From positions 17,719,807-17,783,806 of the forward strand of contig NC_134031.1 in assembly GCF_964204645.1 (NCBI RefSeq): DNA of 64,000 nt, read 5' to 3'. Of the stretch, positions 48,301 to 60,300 are shown in pieces. Within the stretch, counting starts at the first letter, position 1. The number at the start of each line of letters is the position of its first letter. The translations under genes were made by a program, and so were the position numbers. The notes beneath the pieces are model-generated. The model made no database searches. It was not told where the DNA came from and saw only the letters and a program-made list of their open reading frames with translations. Origin of the DNA: Tubulanus polymorphus (taxonomy: Eukaryota > Animalia > Nemertea).

Positions 48301-50636
48301 GGCAGATAATATGGTGGTCGATAAGAGATGCATACGCAATGCGTTTACAAGGGGCCGTATCGAGAAAAATATTTTAACGGCTTTACATGGGAAAATTATA
48401 AATTGCCAATATCAATATTTCAAAATACTATATAGGCCTACAGGCCTAAGCATGCAAGAAGGGATATTATGCACTAATGTCTATTTCAACTTGACTTGAG
48501 AAGACTTCGGGTGGCCTAGCTCAGTCAGTTTTGGTAGAACATACCTGAAAAAGGTATTCAAAAGACCAGCACGGACGGGCAGTTGAACTTATAAACATCG
48601 ATTTCTACGACTTGAGAATAAGAACCCCAATAAGTCACCCCACGCAATTAAGACTTTTTGGCAATCCTTCAATACAGTGTAAAATGGACTAAAAGCAATG
48701 TTTTAGTCCAACTAACAGTCCATTCTGGTCCTTTAAAGACCTGTATCAGGTATGTACGACCAAAACTGACTGAGCTAGACAGTCACGTGCAAACCAATGA
48801 CTCAAGGTACTCTATCTAAGTTTTGAAAGGCAATGATATAGGCCTAAATAATTCTGATTTACCATCATTCCAAGCCCAGCCATCAGCACTGAATGAAGGA
48901 TGAAAAACAAATTCATCTGTTATTACCAAGGTAACACAGATTTCATAGAGCTTTACAGCATATAGATTTCTGGCCAGACAAATTCTTATAGGATTCAATA
49001 GTTAACTAGAGGTCCATACATTCTTGGTAAAATATTTCAAATTCAATATTCAACACCCCCTGGTAAGCAAACACAGAAACCATTGACCTTAAACTCACAA
49101 CAGTCATACAACTTGAGCTACAATATTATGGAAATACCATGTTATTCCGGGGGTATTCCACTATCCAGGTCCCTCGGGTCGAAGCACAAGTTCTTTAATA
49201 TTCTGATTCCAATAAGAATCTACTAACACATTAAGCGTATTTCAGGTTTGCGGAAACAGCTTAGTTAACCACCTCTATGATACAAATTCAAATACTATTT
49301 TACTACGCTAACTTCCAGTGGCTAACCACCCATGGCAAATTGATTCTGTGCAATCGGTTTTTTACTATTAGACTGTTGTCATAAAATGTACACAGAATAG
49401 AATTTCAATCATACAGGATTGATTGGTCATTGGTCGTTTGTAAAATTTTCTTAAGTGTCTCGGTTTTTCACTCCTCTGCTAATTTCAATATCAAAAGCCT
49501 GAATATAGCCTATGTAACAGCTGAGAAATATAGAATCCATGCCAGGACTGTAGCCAGCCCCATCTCTGGGGGGCTTCATTTTAAAGGTCTACATGCCAAA
49601 AAAAGGCACATACTATTAGTTGGGGACGAGTCTTAGTGCGCAAACCATTTTTTGAGGTTAGGATACAAGAAGGAGTAATTTTGTGGCTTTTGGCATAATA
49701 ATTAAATGAAAACTGAAGGTTTGCTGCATTTTCATGAGTTCGCACCGGGGCTTGTTTGGCCTTTGCAAATTTGGCCTTGAGCCATTAGTTTGAAAGATAT
49801 ATTAAGCAAGCACTAACAAAAAAGTGGCACAGAATTTTCTCATAGGACTGGGGAAAACCAGTTGTTGTTTCGGGTTAACTGCTAAAAATTAGACGTTAGG
49901 CCCGGATGGACTTTCGCCTTCTCTGGCTCGGTTGTTGGACAACAGGTACTCGTCAACAGGTTTGGGATAAAATTCCTGGGGTTATCAGTGTTTTTGAGTG
50001 GTTATTCTGCAATAAATCAGAAAAAAAAAATGTCTATAACGTTTTGAAAAGGCAATGGCTCTGGCTCCACGCGACAAAATACTAACAAACTTCATTTAAT
50101 ATCAAAACTTTTATTTCATACAACACTCACTTGTGATATAACACGCTCATAGTGCCTCAACTACCTTGTCTTTTAAATTATCAAAAGATGTTTCGACATA
50201 TTTGACAGTGTCTCATAATCGACGTAATGATAGAAGACCCTACATCAATATCTCCCATATCACAAGTCAGTGTCATATAATGAAAGATTTAATTTTACAT
50301 TACACAAAAACAAAGTTTGTCAGTATTTCGTTATGTCTTCGTGTTCAGCTAGCACACATTTTTGTCCTTTAAAACGCATCAGTCTCCTCCCCACCCCTCC
50401 TGCTCCTGCTGTGGTTCGACGATTTCAATTTCAATTAATTTATTCATCATAAATCCAAAGAAAGTATAAGATTGTGAATGACGATCTGCTGAGAAACGTG
50501 GGGCATTAAAATACACTAATTGGAAATTAACCTTAGTTAATTCCTCGTCTGTCAAATCGCGTTCTAGACGGTTCAAAATTTCTATCTGACGCAATTTCTT
50601 TCGCAGTTTTCTGATTTCTCTTCTAGTGGAGTCCAT
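39393..50636 (-). CDS. WD40-repeat protein, about 610 aa, 13 coding exons, with an N-terminal helical PYM/eIF2A-like motif and a C-terminal CaaX box (CSVL)
   Basis: Exons on the - strand: 50636-50532, 47892-47709, 47386-47215, 46537-46401, 46074-45924, 45121-45000, 44911-44825, 44574-44488, 44346-44258, 43878-43656, 42889-42764, 41982-41817, 39576-39393. All are GT-AG with consistent phases and sum to 1833 nt. WD motifs: LLGHNDLIESV..LVSGSRDTTIKVWD, LGGHSGTVSAV..ISGSSDCSIKIWS, GKLEFWD, VTGCAEGTVKIHE, VTGGVELKIWE. Confidence 0.85.
39698..39845 (+). repeat. Interspersed repeat, about 150 bp, copy A
   Basis: ...GTTTGATTTCACCCCCCCCCCCCCGTTCCGACCCTGGCTTGAAATCAA.GATACATGTCAACAGTTGTTATTTTAGTTG.GCTTAGTGT.TTTAGAATAG is nearly identical to 43006-43155. 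Confidence 0.85.
43006..43155 (+). repeat. Interspersed repeat, about 150 bp, copy B
   Basis: Direct copy of 39698-39845, in another intron of the same WD40 gene. Confidence 0.85.
48516..48778. mobile_element. MITE with TIRs of about 60 bp
   Basis: CTAGCTCAGTCAGTTTTGGTAGAACATACCTGA...GACCAG pairs with CTGGTC...TCAGGTATGTACGACCAAAACTGACTGAGCTAG. Confidence 0.75.
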
Positions 50637-50873
50637 TGCGCCACGCGCACCGGGTTGACTTGAATTAGAGCAAACAACTACAAACAGTTTGGTTTCACAA
50701 TGCCGGAGCATTCCTCGGTCACCTCGGATGTGGCGCCGGGTGTTCGGGAGAAAGTCTTTCACGCGAGCAGTTACTCATTCAATGGATTGAATATATATGT
50801 CCAGTAAACTTTTCTCGATGTCCGCAAGGGCACCGAGGGTAGTGAATTTTCACCTGCATTTTCTATTTCCCGC

Positions 50874-50981
50874 GAGTAATAGGGTATATGTCTTTTCATA
50901 CCAGAGGTCGAGAGATCGAGCTCATTTTCACTCACTTGCCCCCTCAACCTCTGATATGAAAAGACATATACCCTATTACTC
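50874..50981. repeat. Near-perfect hairpin, arms about 41 bp, loop about 26 nt
   Basis: GAGTAATAGGGTATATGTCTTTTCATACCAGAGGTCGAGAG / CCCTCAACCTCTGATATGAAAAGACATATACCCTATTACTC. Confidence 0.9.
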
Positions 50982-50989
50982 TAATAATT

Positions 50990-52130
50990 TTATATAAATG
51001 AACATTATTTATATGAATATGATATATATGAAAATCAATTATATAGATTTCGAATAAAAAATATGTAAAATAAATGGTAGAATTAAAAAGTAACGAGTAA
51101 TTAACGATATGAAGAAAATATAAATTTTAATTAAAAAAATTTATTAATAAATGAAAGAACATATACTACATTTCAAAGATATTGATTTACATGAATTCGA
51201 AAAATATTTTACAATTAAAAATTTCATTCCTATTAAAGATTTGATTAAAACTGCACGTTTTCGTTTTCAAGTGAATAATATTACTTAATTAAAGTTTAAA
51301 AATCATTATCTAATGATAGAGTTATCGAATGAAAAAGATAACATCTTATTCAATACAATAATTCCAAAATTCACAACATCTAATGAAATAGATAAACATT
51401 TAATAATAAGAGATGAAATACTATCACTTTTTAATAATGAAAATTCACATAAAACATTATTTTTACACTTACGTTATTGTCCTTTCAGAATGTTATGTAA
51501 TATTTTTCAGATTACAAGAAAAAAGATTTAACCCTGACATTCCAAATGAAAAATCAGGAACTCAATGTAACTTAGACAATAAAATTGATTCACCTAAAAA
51601 GAAATATGAACCTAATGAAAAAGCGTTAGGTCATCTTAAATCAAAATACCTCAACTCAAATGGAATAATTCAACTCTAAAAAATATATTTCATCTCAAAT
51701 ATATAAAACTAAGAATATTCAAAATAAGATATTTCAAATTACTTATTAATTTCTTAATTTCCTAAATAAATGAATGATTTCAACATTCCAACTGGAAAAG
51801 TGATTTAAAACATTATTTAGTTGCTGGAGGTTTAATATTGGCTGCATTATACTTTTATTATGATAATATTAGTAAAGATTTGATTAATCAAAATATGAAA
51901 TTAAGTAAGAAATTCAAAAAATTAAATGGAAATAATCATAGAAACAATCATGAGAAAGTTTATGATTTAAAAGAATTAGAGGATTAAGACAGCATCTTTT
52001 AATTTGAATTATTATATCTTAACTATATGAATGAGTGACAATATACTTAATATATTACATCTTATTTACAGAAATCAAGAGCACATTAAGTCAATAATTA
52101 TGGTTTCTATGAAATGAGATTCAGAATTGT
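50990..52130 (+). pseudogene. Extremely AT-rich block of short, broken + strand ORFs; possible Polinton or viral remnant
   Basis: Abrupt drop in GC. Consecutive K/N/I/L-rich reading-frame fragments (51151-51288, 51313-51531, 51413-51679, about 51810-51988) lie on one strand with stops and frameshifts. No diagnostic motif recognised. Confidence 0.35.
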
Positions 52131-52412
52131 TTTTTAAATTTGCAGTGACGTAGGCGCACAACTTTTGAACTGGCACATCGACTGTTTACTTACCCTCATT
52201 TGCAATTCATTTGAATGCTTTCGTTTTTGAAAATTATAGAGTAAGTCGTTTCTAGTCCTTTTTAAGGCAGTTGGTTAATCTTATCTAATATGGACAGCAC
52301 ATACTATTCTAATGCGCGTGTAAATTCTGGTTTTGAGAATTGTTGTGCACAATATAGAAATAATAATACATGTAAACATGTAAACTTGCATCAATTAGAA
52401 TTAGTTCATGAA

Positions 52413-52649
52413 CAGGGATGGATCTTGGATTTCTTCATAGGGGGTGCAGAAAAAAGGTCATTTTAACTCTCATAGCCAGCGCTGGAGGCCCTCCCCAGAA
52501 TATTTCGGAAATCTTATTTTAAAGTGACTTTTTAGGGCACCTGGTCTCATAATTTACGTTATGGAAACTATAAACGTATCAGTAAAAATTGGCCCCAGAG
52601 AAAAGGGCACTCGGAGGTTTTAGGGTGTCCCCCTCTGGATCCAGCCCTG
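52413..52649. mobile_element. MITE with CAGGG..GGATC ends (hAT-like)
   Basis: CAGGGATGGATCTTGGAT ... CCCCTCTGGATCCAGCCCTG. Confidence 0.5.
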
Positions 52650-52960
52650 CGGAGGCATACAATTTAAAGTGGATTTATCCTATCACAATGAAATATGATA
52701 ACCAAAAAATTTAAACGATCAACTGAATTGACTCCATGTCAAGCAACTTGTTTTTCGAATTGATCTTTTCGAAAAAAATTCATATTTTCATATTATTCTA
52801 TCTTCATATTACACTCATTTACACATGATTCATGTCACGTTTACAAAAAGAATTATTCTTCTCTGAAATTGAATCATCCGAAGAATAGACGCAGCTATAT
52901 TTATATCTTATAAAGCTTAATTTGAACGCGAATAACGTTTTGTGCAACAAAAGAAAACTA

Positions 52961-53941
52961 ATGGCTATAGACGCGCTGAACGAAGAGTTACACGAGATGA
53001 AGAATGACAGCGAAGAAATGTCGATAGGACTGCCCTACCACGCAGTTATAACGCGATTAACCGTCATTCATCTATCCGCCGGAAGCCTTAGGAAATTCAT
53101 GATCGTAGCGAATGTGACGCTGTTGTGTCTTGGTACGTTCGGCAATGTGGCTAGTTTCCTGATGATGATCAGTCCACGCTTTCGTAGACTATCTTACGCC
53201 AACTATTTACTCGTATTGGCAGTGAGCGATTTGATTTCGTGTTTCGACTTGACAGGTATGCCGCTGTTAGAGGTGATCAGTTATCGATATTATGGCATCA
53301 GCGCGGTTGAATTCAAGAACCTCGCGCATTGTCTTGTTTATGAGATCATTTTTCAGTTGGCCATATGTCTAAGTACGTCTATGGTAGTTATTGTTTCACT
53401 GGAACGTCTGTTGGTCGTATCGTTCCCGTTCACAGCCCGTATCGTCTGCACGCCCAGATTCGCCAGGCTGGTTATCGTTGCATCGACCGTGCCAAACGCG
53501 GCTACGGCCAGCGTGAATTTTTTTATCATGCGATTCTCGAATGAGGACGGCTGTTATTACGAACCCGAGGACCAAAAACGATATTTTGTATTCTGTGTGA
53601 TATATCTATTCGTCTTACCTCTTACTATCATTATCACCAGTAATTTGGCAATAATCATCATCCTATACGTGGGAAAAGAGTTCGGATTGACGGAATCAAA
53701 ATCGAGCAAAACGAAACGTACCACCATCATGTTGATCACTGTCTCTTTAGTGTTCACATGCTGTATGTTGCCCACAACGATTAGTTGCTTGATCCCTATT
53801 TCGGCCGCATTGATGCAACTACTTGTGACATCTTTTACGGTTTTACAAAGTATAAACCATGCGGCAAATTTCTACATTTATTTGCTGCTCGGAAAAGAGG
53901 TTCGAACACAATTCATCAACGCAATCCGCTGTAAGTTTTAA
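52961..53941 (+). CDS. Intronless class A (rhodopsin-family) GPCR, peptide-receptor/chemoreceptor-like, 326 aa from the first ATG
   Basis: Seven hydrophobic helices with FGN (TM1), LAVSD (TM2), ERL at the DRY position, LP (TM5), FTCCMLP (TM6) and NHAANFYIY (TM7). The ORF-track TTG start at 52922 is replaced by ATG 52961. Confidence 0.9.
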   Translation: MAIDALNEELHEMKNDSEEMSIGLPYHAVITRLTVIHLSAGSLRKFMIVANVTLLCLGTFGNVASFLMMISPRFRRLSYANYLLVLAVSDLISCFDLTGMPLLEVISYRYYGISAVEFKNLAHCLVYEIIFQLAICLSTSMVVIVSLERLLVVSFPFTARIVCTPRFARLVIVASTVPNAATASVNFFIMRFSNEDGCYYEPEDQKRYFVFCVIYLFVLPLTIIITSNLAIIIILYVGKEFGLTESKSSKTKRTTIMLITVSLVFTCCMLPTTISCLIPISAALMQLLVTSFTVLQSINHAANFYIYLLLGKEVRTQFINAIRCKF

Positions 53942-54312
53942 ACGCTTAAGAATAAAGTTATGACTGAAAGATTGCGTTGACAAAACTTAAAACTGATATA
54001 TGTACCTGCTTCCACATTCAAAAAGTAAGGATAGAATGTTCTAGTTAGGAAAATTGTAACTTAGGATATAGTATTACGTTAATATACATTTCAAAGAAGG
54101 CTTGTGATCAAAATGGGAATACAAATGATAGGCAAATCCCAAATTATCGGAACTCAAAGGGAAATAGGGTAACAATGATACATCCAAAACGGTGTACCAC
54201 TTTTACGATATCATGATACGTGTATTGTTCACGGGCATCATCCTAATTACCGTAAACTTTACCGAAAGGAGACGCTGTGACATCATGCCTATATGAATAC
54301 GGATAATACCTG

Positions 54313-54565
54313 CCTGGGATCGTATTCACGAAGCGCCCATTACTTATGTGTCGCGTAAGATTTACGGGTGTATCTATGGGAATTCACGAAACAACCGTAA
54401 GCCTACTACGTGTTATTCCCGAAAATACCCGTAAGTTCGCACGTAAAGGTCATCCGCAACGTACGTGTCACGTAAGTTACGGATTTTCTCTACGTGCGAA
54501 CTTACGGGTATTTTCGGGAATAACGCGTAGTAGGCTTACGGGTGCTTCGTGAATACGGTCCCAGG
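54313..54565. mobile_element. Palindromic PIF/Harbinger-like MITE
   Basis: TIRs CCTGGGATCGTATTCACGAAGCGCCC ... GGGTGCTTCGTGAATACGGTCCCAGG. A long inner palindrome pairs CCGTAAGCCTACTACG.GTTATTCCCGAAAATACCCGTAAGTTCGCACGTA with its reverse complement. Confidence 0.8.
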
Positions 54566-55124
54566 TCCGTGGTATACTATACTATACTATATTTATTTCC
54601 ACTAAATATTACAATATATCATTATAAATTATAAAAATGAAGTTAAATGAAATATATTAATATTGAGCAGGGGAGACTTGAAGAGGCCAGTTAAGACTTA
54701 CCTATGTCAAACGTACAACGTATAACGTGCGTGCACTTGATTTAAAAGTGTATGTAACATGTTTGTTCCAGCAACCATTATATTTCGACTAGCCATCATA
54801 ATTTTCCAGACCGTACCAGCAATACCATTAATGTTGCCCCTTTTGACCAAAATACATAAAAATCCTACAGGTTTCGACCACCCTTTAACATGGGGGTTTA
54901 AACCTCTTGCTTAGGTGATGGTGGCGGTATTTAATCGTTGAAACGTTGTCATTTTATCTGAACAATTTGTTAAAAGGTATCTATAGCAGGGGACATTTTT
55001 AACGGCTTATTAAATTTTAATTGTCTCAAATGAAATATTTTTCCAGCCAATGAAAAATAACACATTACGATACAATACTTAATATTCGGGCAAGAGAATC
55101 AATATTTCAGCACTTAATGGCCGA

Positions 55125-56177
55125 CTATTGTCGAGAGAGTATAGGGTGAAAAAGACGATTCAATTTTTGTACAGATTTCTGTCTGAAACGTGGATTTACA
55201 ATGATATACACAATGACGTTTATCAAGGAGTCAACTCGACTGCCAACCTCGGCGCTGTATTTTAAAACGTTCAAATCGATATATAATTTGAAATACTTGG
55301 CCAAATCGTAAGCCACCAGGGCGAACATGTTGGGAAATTCGCACATCAAATGCGCAGAAACAATTGACACCGTCATAACCAAAGCCATGTTGTTTCCACG
55401 ATTTTTCGATTTATTGTACGTTCGTTTATCAGCGAGCATTTTCTGTCGTGTTTCACGCGACCGATTGACGTTGTAGGTTAAAATCAAATTGCAAAACAGT
55501 AATAGTAAAAACGGAATGACCATGCCGAAATAGACGGCCACTTTTCTGCGATATCTACCCATCCATCGACTTTTGAATAAATTACTGGATTTGAAGAAAA
55601 ATTTTACGTCGGCAAAATATCTACACGTTGGTGGTGATCGGATGATTTTCTGAGCGAAGAATGGAGCGCCGAAAAGCGTGTTTACCGCTACGATAGACAT
55701 CACGATCAATTTGAGATGAGATTTATGAAACCATTTTTTCGACCGAAACGTAAAATTGACGGTCACCAAGCGCTCGATCGTAACCGCGACGGTCAACCAG
55801 TTCCGAATGATGAATAACAGAAATTTCAAAGACGGCAGGTAAGCGTCTAAATGCGGCATCAGTTGGCGTTGGTGTATGTAAATGACTTTGTATCCGTATT
55901 GGAAAAGTCGATAGATAACTCCGATACTGTACTCGGGAATGCTGGCGAACCCGAACAACCCGTCAAAAACAGTCAGCCATGTTAACAAATAGTAAGTCGG
56001 CTGAAAGGGTAATTGTCTGAGTACACTGAAGCAGAAAGCGTTAAGCGCTGTAGCCGCTATTGCTATTGGCGCTGTGATTAAGGTGTGGATATACAGACGA
56101 CACCAAGTTATCCTATACGCTTTACAGGTTCTGTTGATGTCGTACGTCAAGTCTTCGAACATCCAGAATTTCGACAT
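55125..56177 (-). CDS. Intronless class A GPCR, divergent peptide-receptor/chemoreceptor-like, 350 aa
   Basis: Seven hydrophobic segments with LN (TM1), LTVFD (TM2), NWLTVAVTIERL (TM3), IPF (TM5), CEFP (TM6) and INVIVYIIVNPRFR (TM7/helix 8). Confidence 0.88.
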   Translation of the reverse strand: MSKFWMFEDLTYDINRTCKAYRITWCRLYIHTLITAPIAIAATALNAFCFSVLRQLPFQPTYYLLTWLTVFDGLFGFASIPEYSIGVIYRLFQYGYKVIYIHQRQLMPHLDAYLPSLKFLLFIIRNWLTVAVTIERLVTVNFTFRSKKWFHKSHLKLIVMSIVAVNTLFGAPFFAQKIIRSPPTCRYFADVKFFFKSSNLFKSRWMGRYRRKVAVYFGMVIPFLLLLFCNLILTYNVNRSRETRQKMLADKRTYNKSKNRGNNMALVMTVSIVSAHLMCEFPNMFALVAYDLAKYFKLYIDLNVLKYSAEVGSRVDSLINVIVYIIVNPRFRQKSVQKLNRLFHPILSRQ

Positions 56178-56751
56178 GCTTGCACCAATCTCGGGTCGAT
56201 CCTCGAACGGCCTACAGATAATTGCGCCTGATGTGACAAATTGGATGAAATTAAGTAATTCAAATAGTCAGCATATAATTTCGTTCGGTAATAATATCGT
56301 ATATATCTACAATTTCTATTTCATACAAAATCAATAGTCGTCAGAATTTTTTTTTTTTTTGAAGCACGCAATTCACATGGATCGATGATAGTGCGACTTT
56401 CCATGGTTTAAAAAGTTTCTGACTGTGGTCGAAACCTATTGGTAGTGAAAATATAAGAAAATATAAATATAAGAAAATGGGCGTCGTTTCTAAGAATAGT
56501 AAATATCTGTTTAATTTGATATTAAATCATGCACTTTCACTCACAATCGAATCACCAACGAAGACGGCTTTTGAAGGTTTTTGCTTCGAAACTCACGGAT
56601 GGCAACTCGAGAAACCTAATAACTTATTTATCTCTTCTTCGTGCGGCACGATTCATCATTAAATCAACGCTGTGTTGTGACATTCGTATAAAGATCTTTT
56701 TCGGTAATAAAATCTCGCAGAGGCAAAAATGAATAACAAGGACTGAGGTAT

Positions 56752-56890
56752 GGTGGCCGATTCGGGACATGTCAATACATTTTTATCATCCTCTCCACGT
56801 TAACGGGCAAAATCAAGTCCTATCAAATTTTGTTTTGTGCGTTTTCGTGAAGGATGAACAAAATTATTGACATGTGCCGGATCAGCCACC
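56752..56890. repeat. Imperfect inverted repeat (MITE-like)
   Basis: GGTGGCCGATTCGGGACATGTCAATA ... TATTGACATGTGCCGGATCAGCCACC. Confidence 0.7.
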
Positions 56891-57347
56891 GCACAGTGGA
56901 GGTCACAACTGATAGCTATCTATCGTGCCATATAAAATAACGTATAAAATATCCTTAATGATGATTAGTTTTAGGGTCAAGAGTTCTTTGTAACCGTACA
57001 ATACTCCTGCTATGGAATGACCACAGCGAATTAATGCGCAACTCCTTTATTTGAAAAATAATTCATGTGTGCTTTGAAATAGAAAACAAACGCAAATTCC
57101 CGAGATAAAGAACATATGGTGTCATGAAAAATTTCTCATTAGGGGTCGAATGATACATTTATTTTGCACTAAGGTAACCAATTGATTGACGTTTAAGGCA
57201 GTAATAATTTGCAAATGTGCCCGGTGATTGTCTGTCTATTGGCTACAAATCAGCTATTATTTGCCAGCCTAACAACTTTGTATCAGTTCATCAACATTCC
57301 AGTCTAAGCTGTCGCCGTCTAGCCAGCGAGTTGAAACATTCGTAATA

Positions 57348-60300
57348 ATGACAACGATTCAAGTCAACATAGGCCCGACGGCCGGAGTTCTCATAGCTGT
57401 TATAGTGGGGATACATTTACAGTACCAGTGGACCTTTCCACAATCGATCACACAACATGACAAACAAACACCGATAGATGCGGTTGCGTCTTCGTCTGTT
57501 CCTCCGGTTCAACAATCGCGAACGGTCGTTTATACTCCAACAAAAACCAATCAGAGACATCATGCAGGTACGTACAAGTTGTATACTCCATTCATTCTAA
57601 GAATATTCATTTTCTAAAATATCGCTCGCTACACTCCGATTGGTTTATAACTATCATATATTAAATATCAAGCATTAGGCAAGGCAATCATTTTCTAGGC
57701 TGAAAGGGATTGTTGTTCTGCTGGTTTTCATCAGTGTTTGCTCTGGTTCCTCTGCAACATTGTTAAGTTCCTTATAGTCGAATAGCCCGTACACTCTGAC
57801 GTTGGAAATGGAAGTTTAAAACCCACTGTGCAAAATTTAAAAGGTTTAAAGCGAAATTTCAGGCGTGGTTCATTGACTCGATAGCATTGATAATTGATGG
57901 TGAAAATGCTTAACTCCCAAAAAGTTATGCGCTTACAAACCAATAATTTCTTTTTAGGAAACGGTAATGACGCGTCAACAGTACCGCCTGAAATAAATGA
58001 AAGACCAATAATAGGTATACATATGATATAACTATCATATACGTGTCGTAGTTACTATTCTGACATGAGTACACTGATCAGGCATTGCCTCAATAAAACT
58101 GTAAATTTCATCACTTATACAACAGGCATGCTCACACAAAACTGTATTGGTAACTACAAAACATTTGGGAAACAAGTTCTTTTTCCAAATAACGTAAAAT
58201 GGATGCAAGGCAGTGGCGCTCAAGTCGTTCCTATTTGGTAGGTTGCTACAAACCGACAGGCAGCGGTTGGCTTACATTAAAGAAATGAAATACATCAAAA
58301 GAAGAAAAAGTTATTGGTTAAGATATTTTAATATTAGTCTATCGCTGACTCTGAAAGTACATTAACAATTCTTAAACTTCGACTAGACATAAAAACCGAG
58401 CCAGAACTGTAGGGCTAGTATTGTAGACGTAATTCAATATTAAAACTTCTTTCTATTCTTCACAGGGCCGACCAATCCGAAGAATATTACGAAAAGATGT
58501 TTAAACAGATTAATGGGTAATCACATATCTATCTCGATTAGATTAGTTCATTGGTTATTTTCAAAACGTTTTTGGCTAGCGATGTAACGTCGCGTTAACC
58601 AAGGTCTCAAATGACATAAAATCATCAACATGATATTAAACATTGATTTTTGTAATATCTCACGTTGTTTGTTGTGTCACATCTCTTCAGACTGTATTTA
58701 CCAGGAGGTTTATCTACGAGTACTAATTCGACATATTTTCGTTCGGCACGCGTTCTCTTAAAGCTCGCTATCAAGGTACACAACGCATTAAATCCATAGG
58801 GCTGTTGAGCGCTATATTACTATCCAAATATCACTCCATGTGAGATTCTATATTATCCAAGTTGCATTTATACTTTTCGAGTAAATTATCATAATTTTCA
58901 TCTTTCTTCTTTAGGAAAACGACCGTGGTGTGTATTTCCCAGTTTGGGGTGTTTGTCTAGGGCTGCAGTTCTTCCTCTCTAACATTGCCCAACGCGATAT
59001 AACGTATCAATGTCCCGGTCAGATGTTCCATCGTACGCAGTTATACAAGGGAGAAGGTATGTCGGGATAAGATATTGATCATCGTAATGAATTCGTAATA
59101 TTTTACTATGTATTTGTATAGAGATGTACACTGAGAAAACCTGGCGCCCGGTATATGGGAGGGCGGTAGATCGGGGGTTGACTTTTATTCTTAGCTTGCT
59201 CATTTTGTATCATGTTTGCGCATTTCGTGACATTTGGTCACCAGCATGACAGGTATGTAATGGCATAGGGGTAACTGGGTCTGATGGACAATCAAACCGT
59301 ATACATTCACCGGTGAACATTTGTGGCATATTGAAAGTATCCTTTAAAATGTAAAACTTGTAGTTAGACACCGCTTGATAGATTGTCATATCAAGTCACT
59401 TCAATAAGTCCTTCTTTATCAAATAGATTTCGAAGATAGTTTTTTGAAGAAGATTCTGACGCCACAAAGCCTTACCGCCCTCGAAGAAAGGAACTTTATG
59501 CCGCACATGCATAAAAGATGCGTATCAAAGAAGGTGGATATCGAACCGTTATCATCATACATTGTTATCGCAAAACTAACAGTAAAAGAGTAATCTCGAT
59601 AATATGTAGAGAATCCCACAATAATAACGTAGAAGGTCAAGTCCGAAAATGTTTCCTTGAGCTATAGTTGTTTATTCAATGTTTCTAGTACATCTTAATA
59701 GTCATCTTCGGTAATACTGATGTTGTCATCATTATAAACATTGATGAAACACTCTGAGTCGTCCTTGTTGTAAAGATAATATAAAATACCTGCACACTAA
59801 GAATAAAGTGAATCTGAAATGTTTTCTTGAGCTAGCAGTTTCTTAATATATATACTGAATTCATTCACGAATTTTCGAATAATACGGTATCGATATTTTG
59901 TTTCAGGCGTTTTATTCGATTCCCGAATTACAAAAACTTTTCAAAATCGTCTCAATAAACACTGACGGCGATGGAATTGAGTACATTTCGACGATAGAAT
60001 GTAAGTTTCGTCGCAGAACGTAGACAAACAAGAACATTATTCAACGGGGATTGCAGAGGCAACGATTGCTCAATTTACCGCTCTTTCTTGCAGCCAGGAA
60101 ATATCCGTTTTATGCGACGCAATGGCACCCAGAAAAATATAGTTATCACTGGAACGTAAGAGCACAAACCCCCCATTCTTCAAGCGCCATCAAAATAGGC
60201 CATGAAATCGGCAATTTTTTCGTCGCTGAATGTAAGTAGAGAAAATTAAAATATGCACATTACAATAAAATATGTAAATCGCTATTAAATATATTTAAAT

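Noticed and set aside
49918-50239. Two exon-like segments in WD40 intron 1 (50239-50131 and 50006-49918)
   Set aside because: They have plausible splice signals but stops in all three frames, and exon 1 joins 47892 cleanly. Poison exons cannot be excluded without RNA data.
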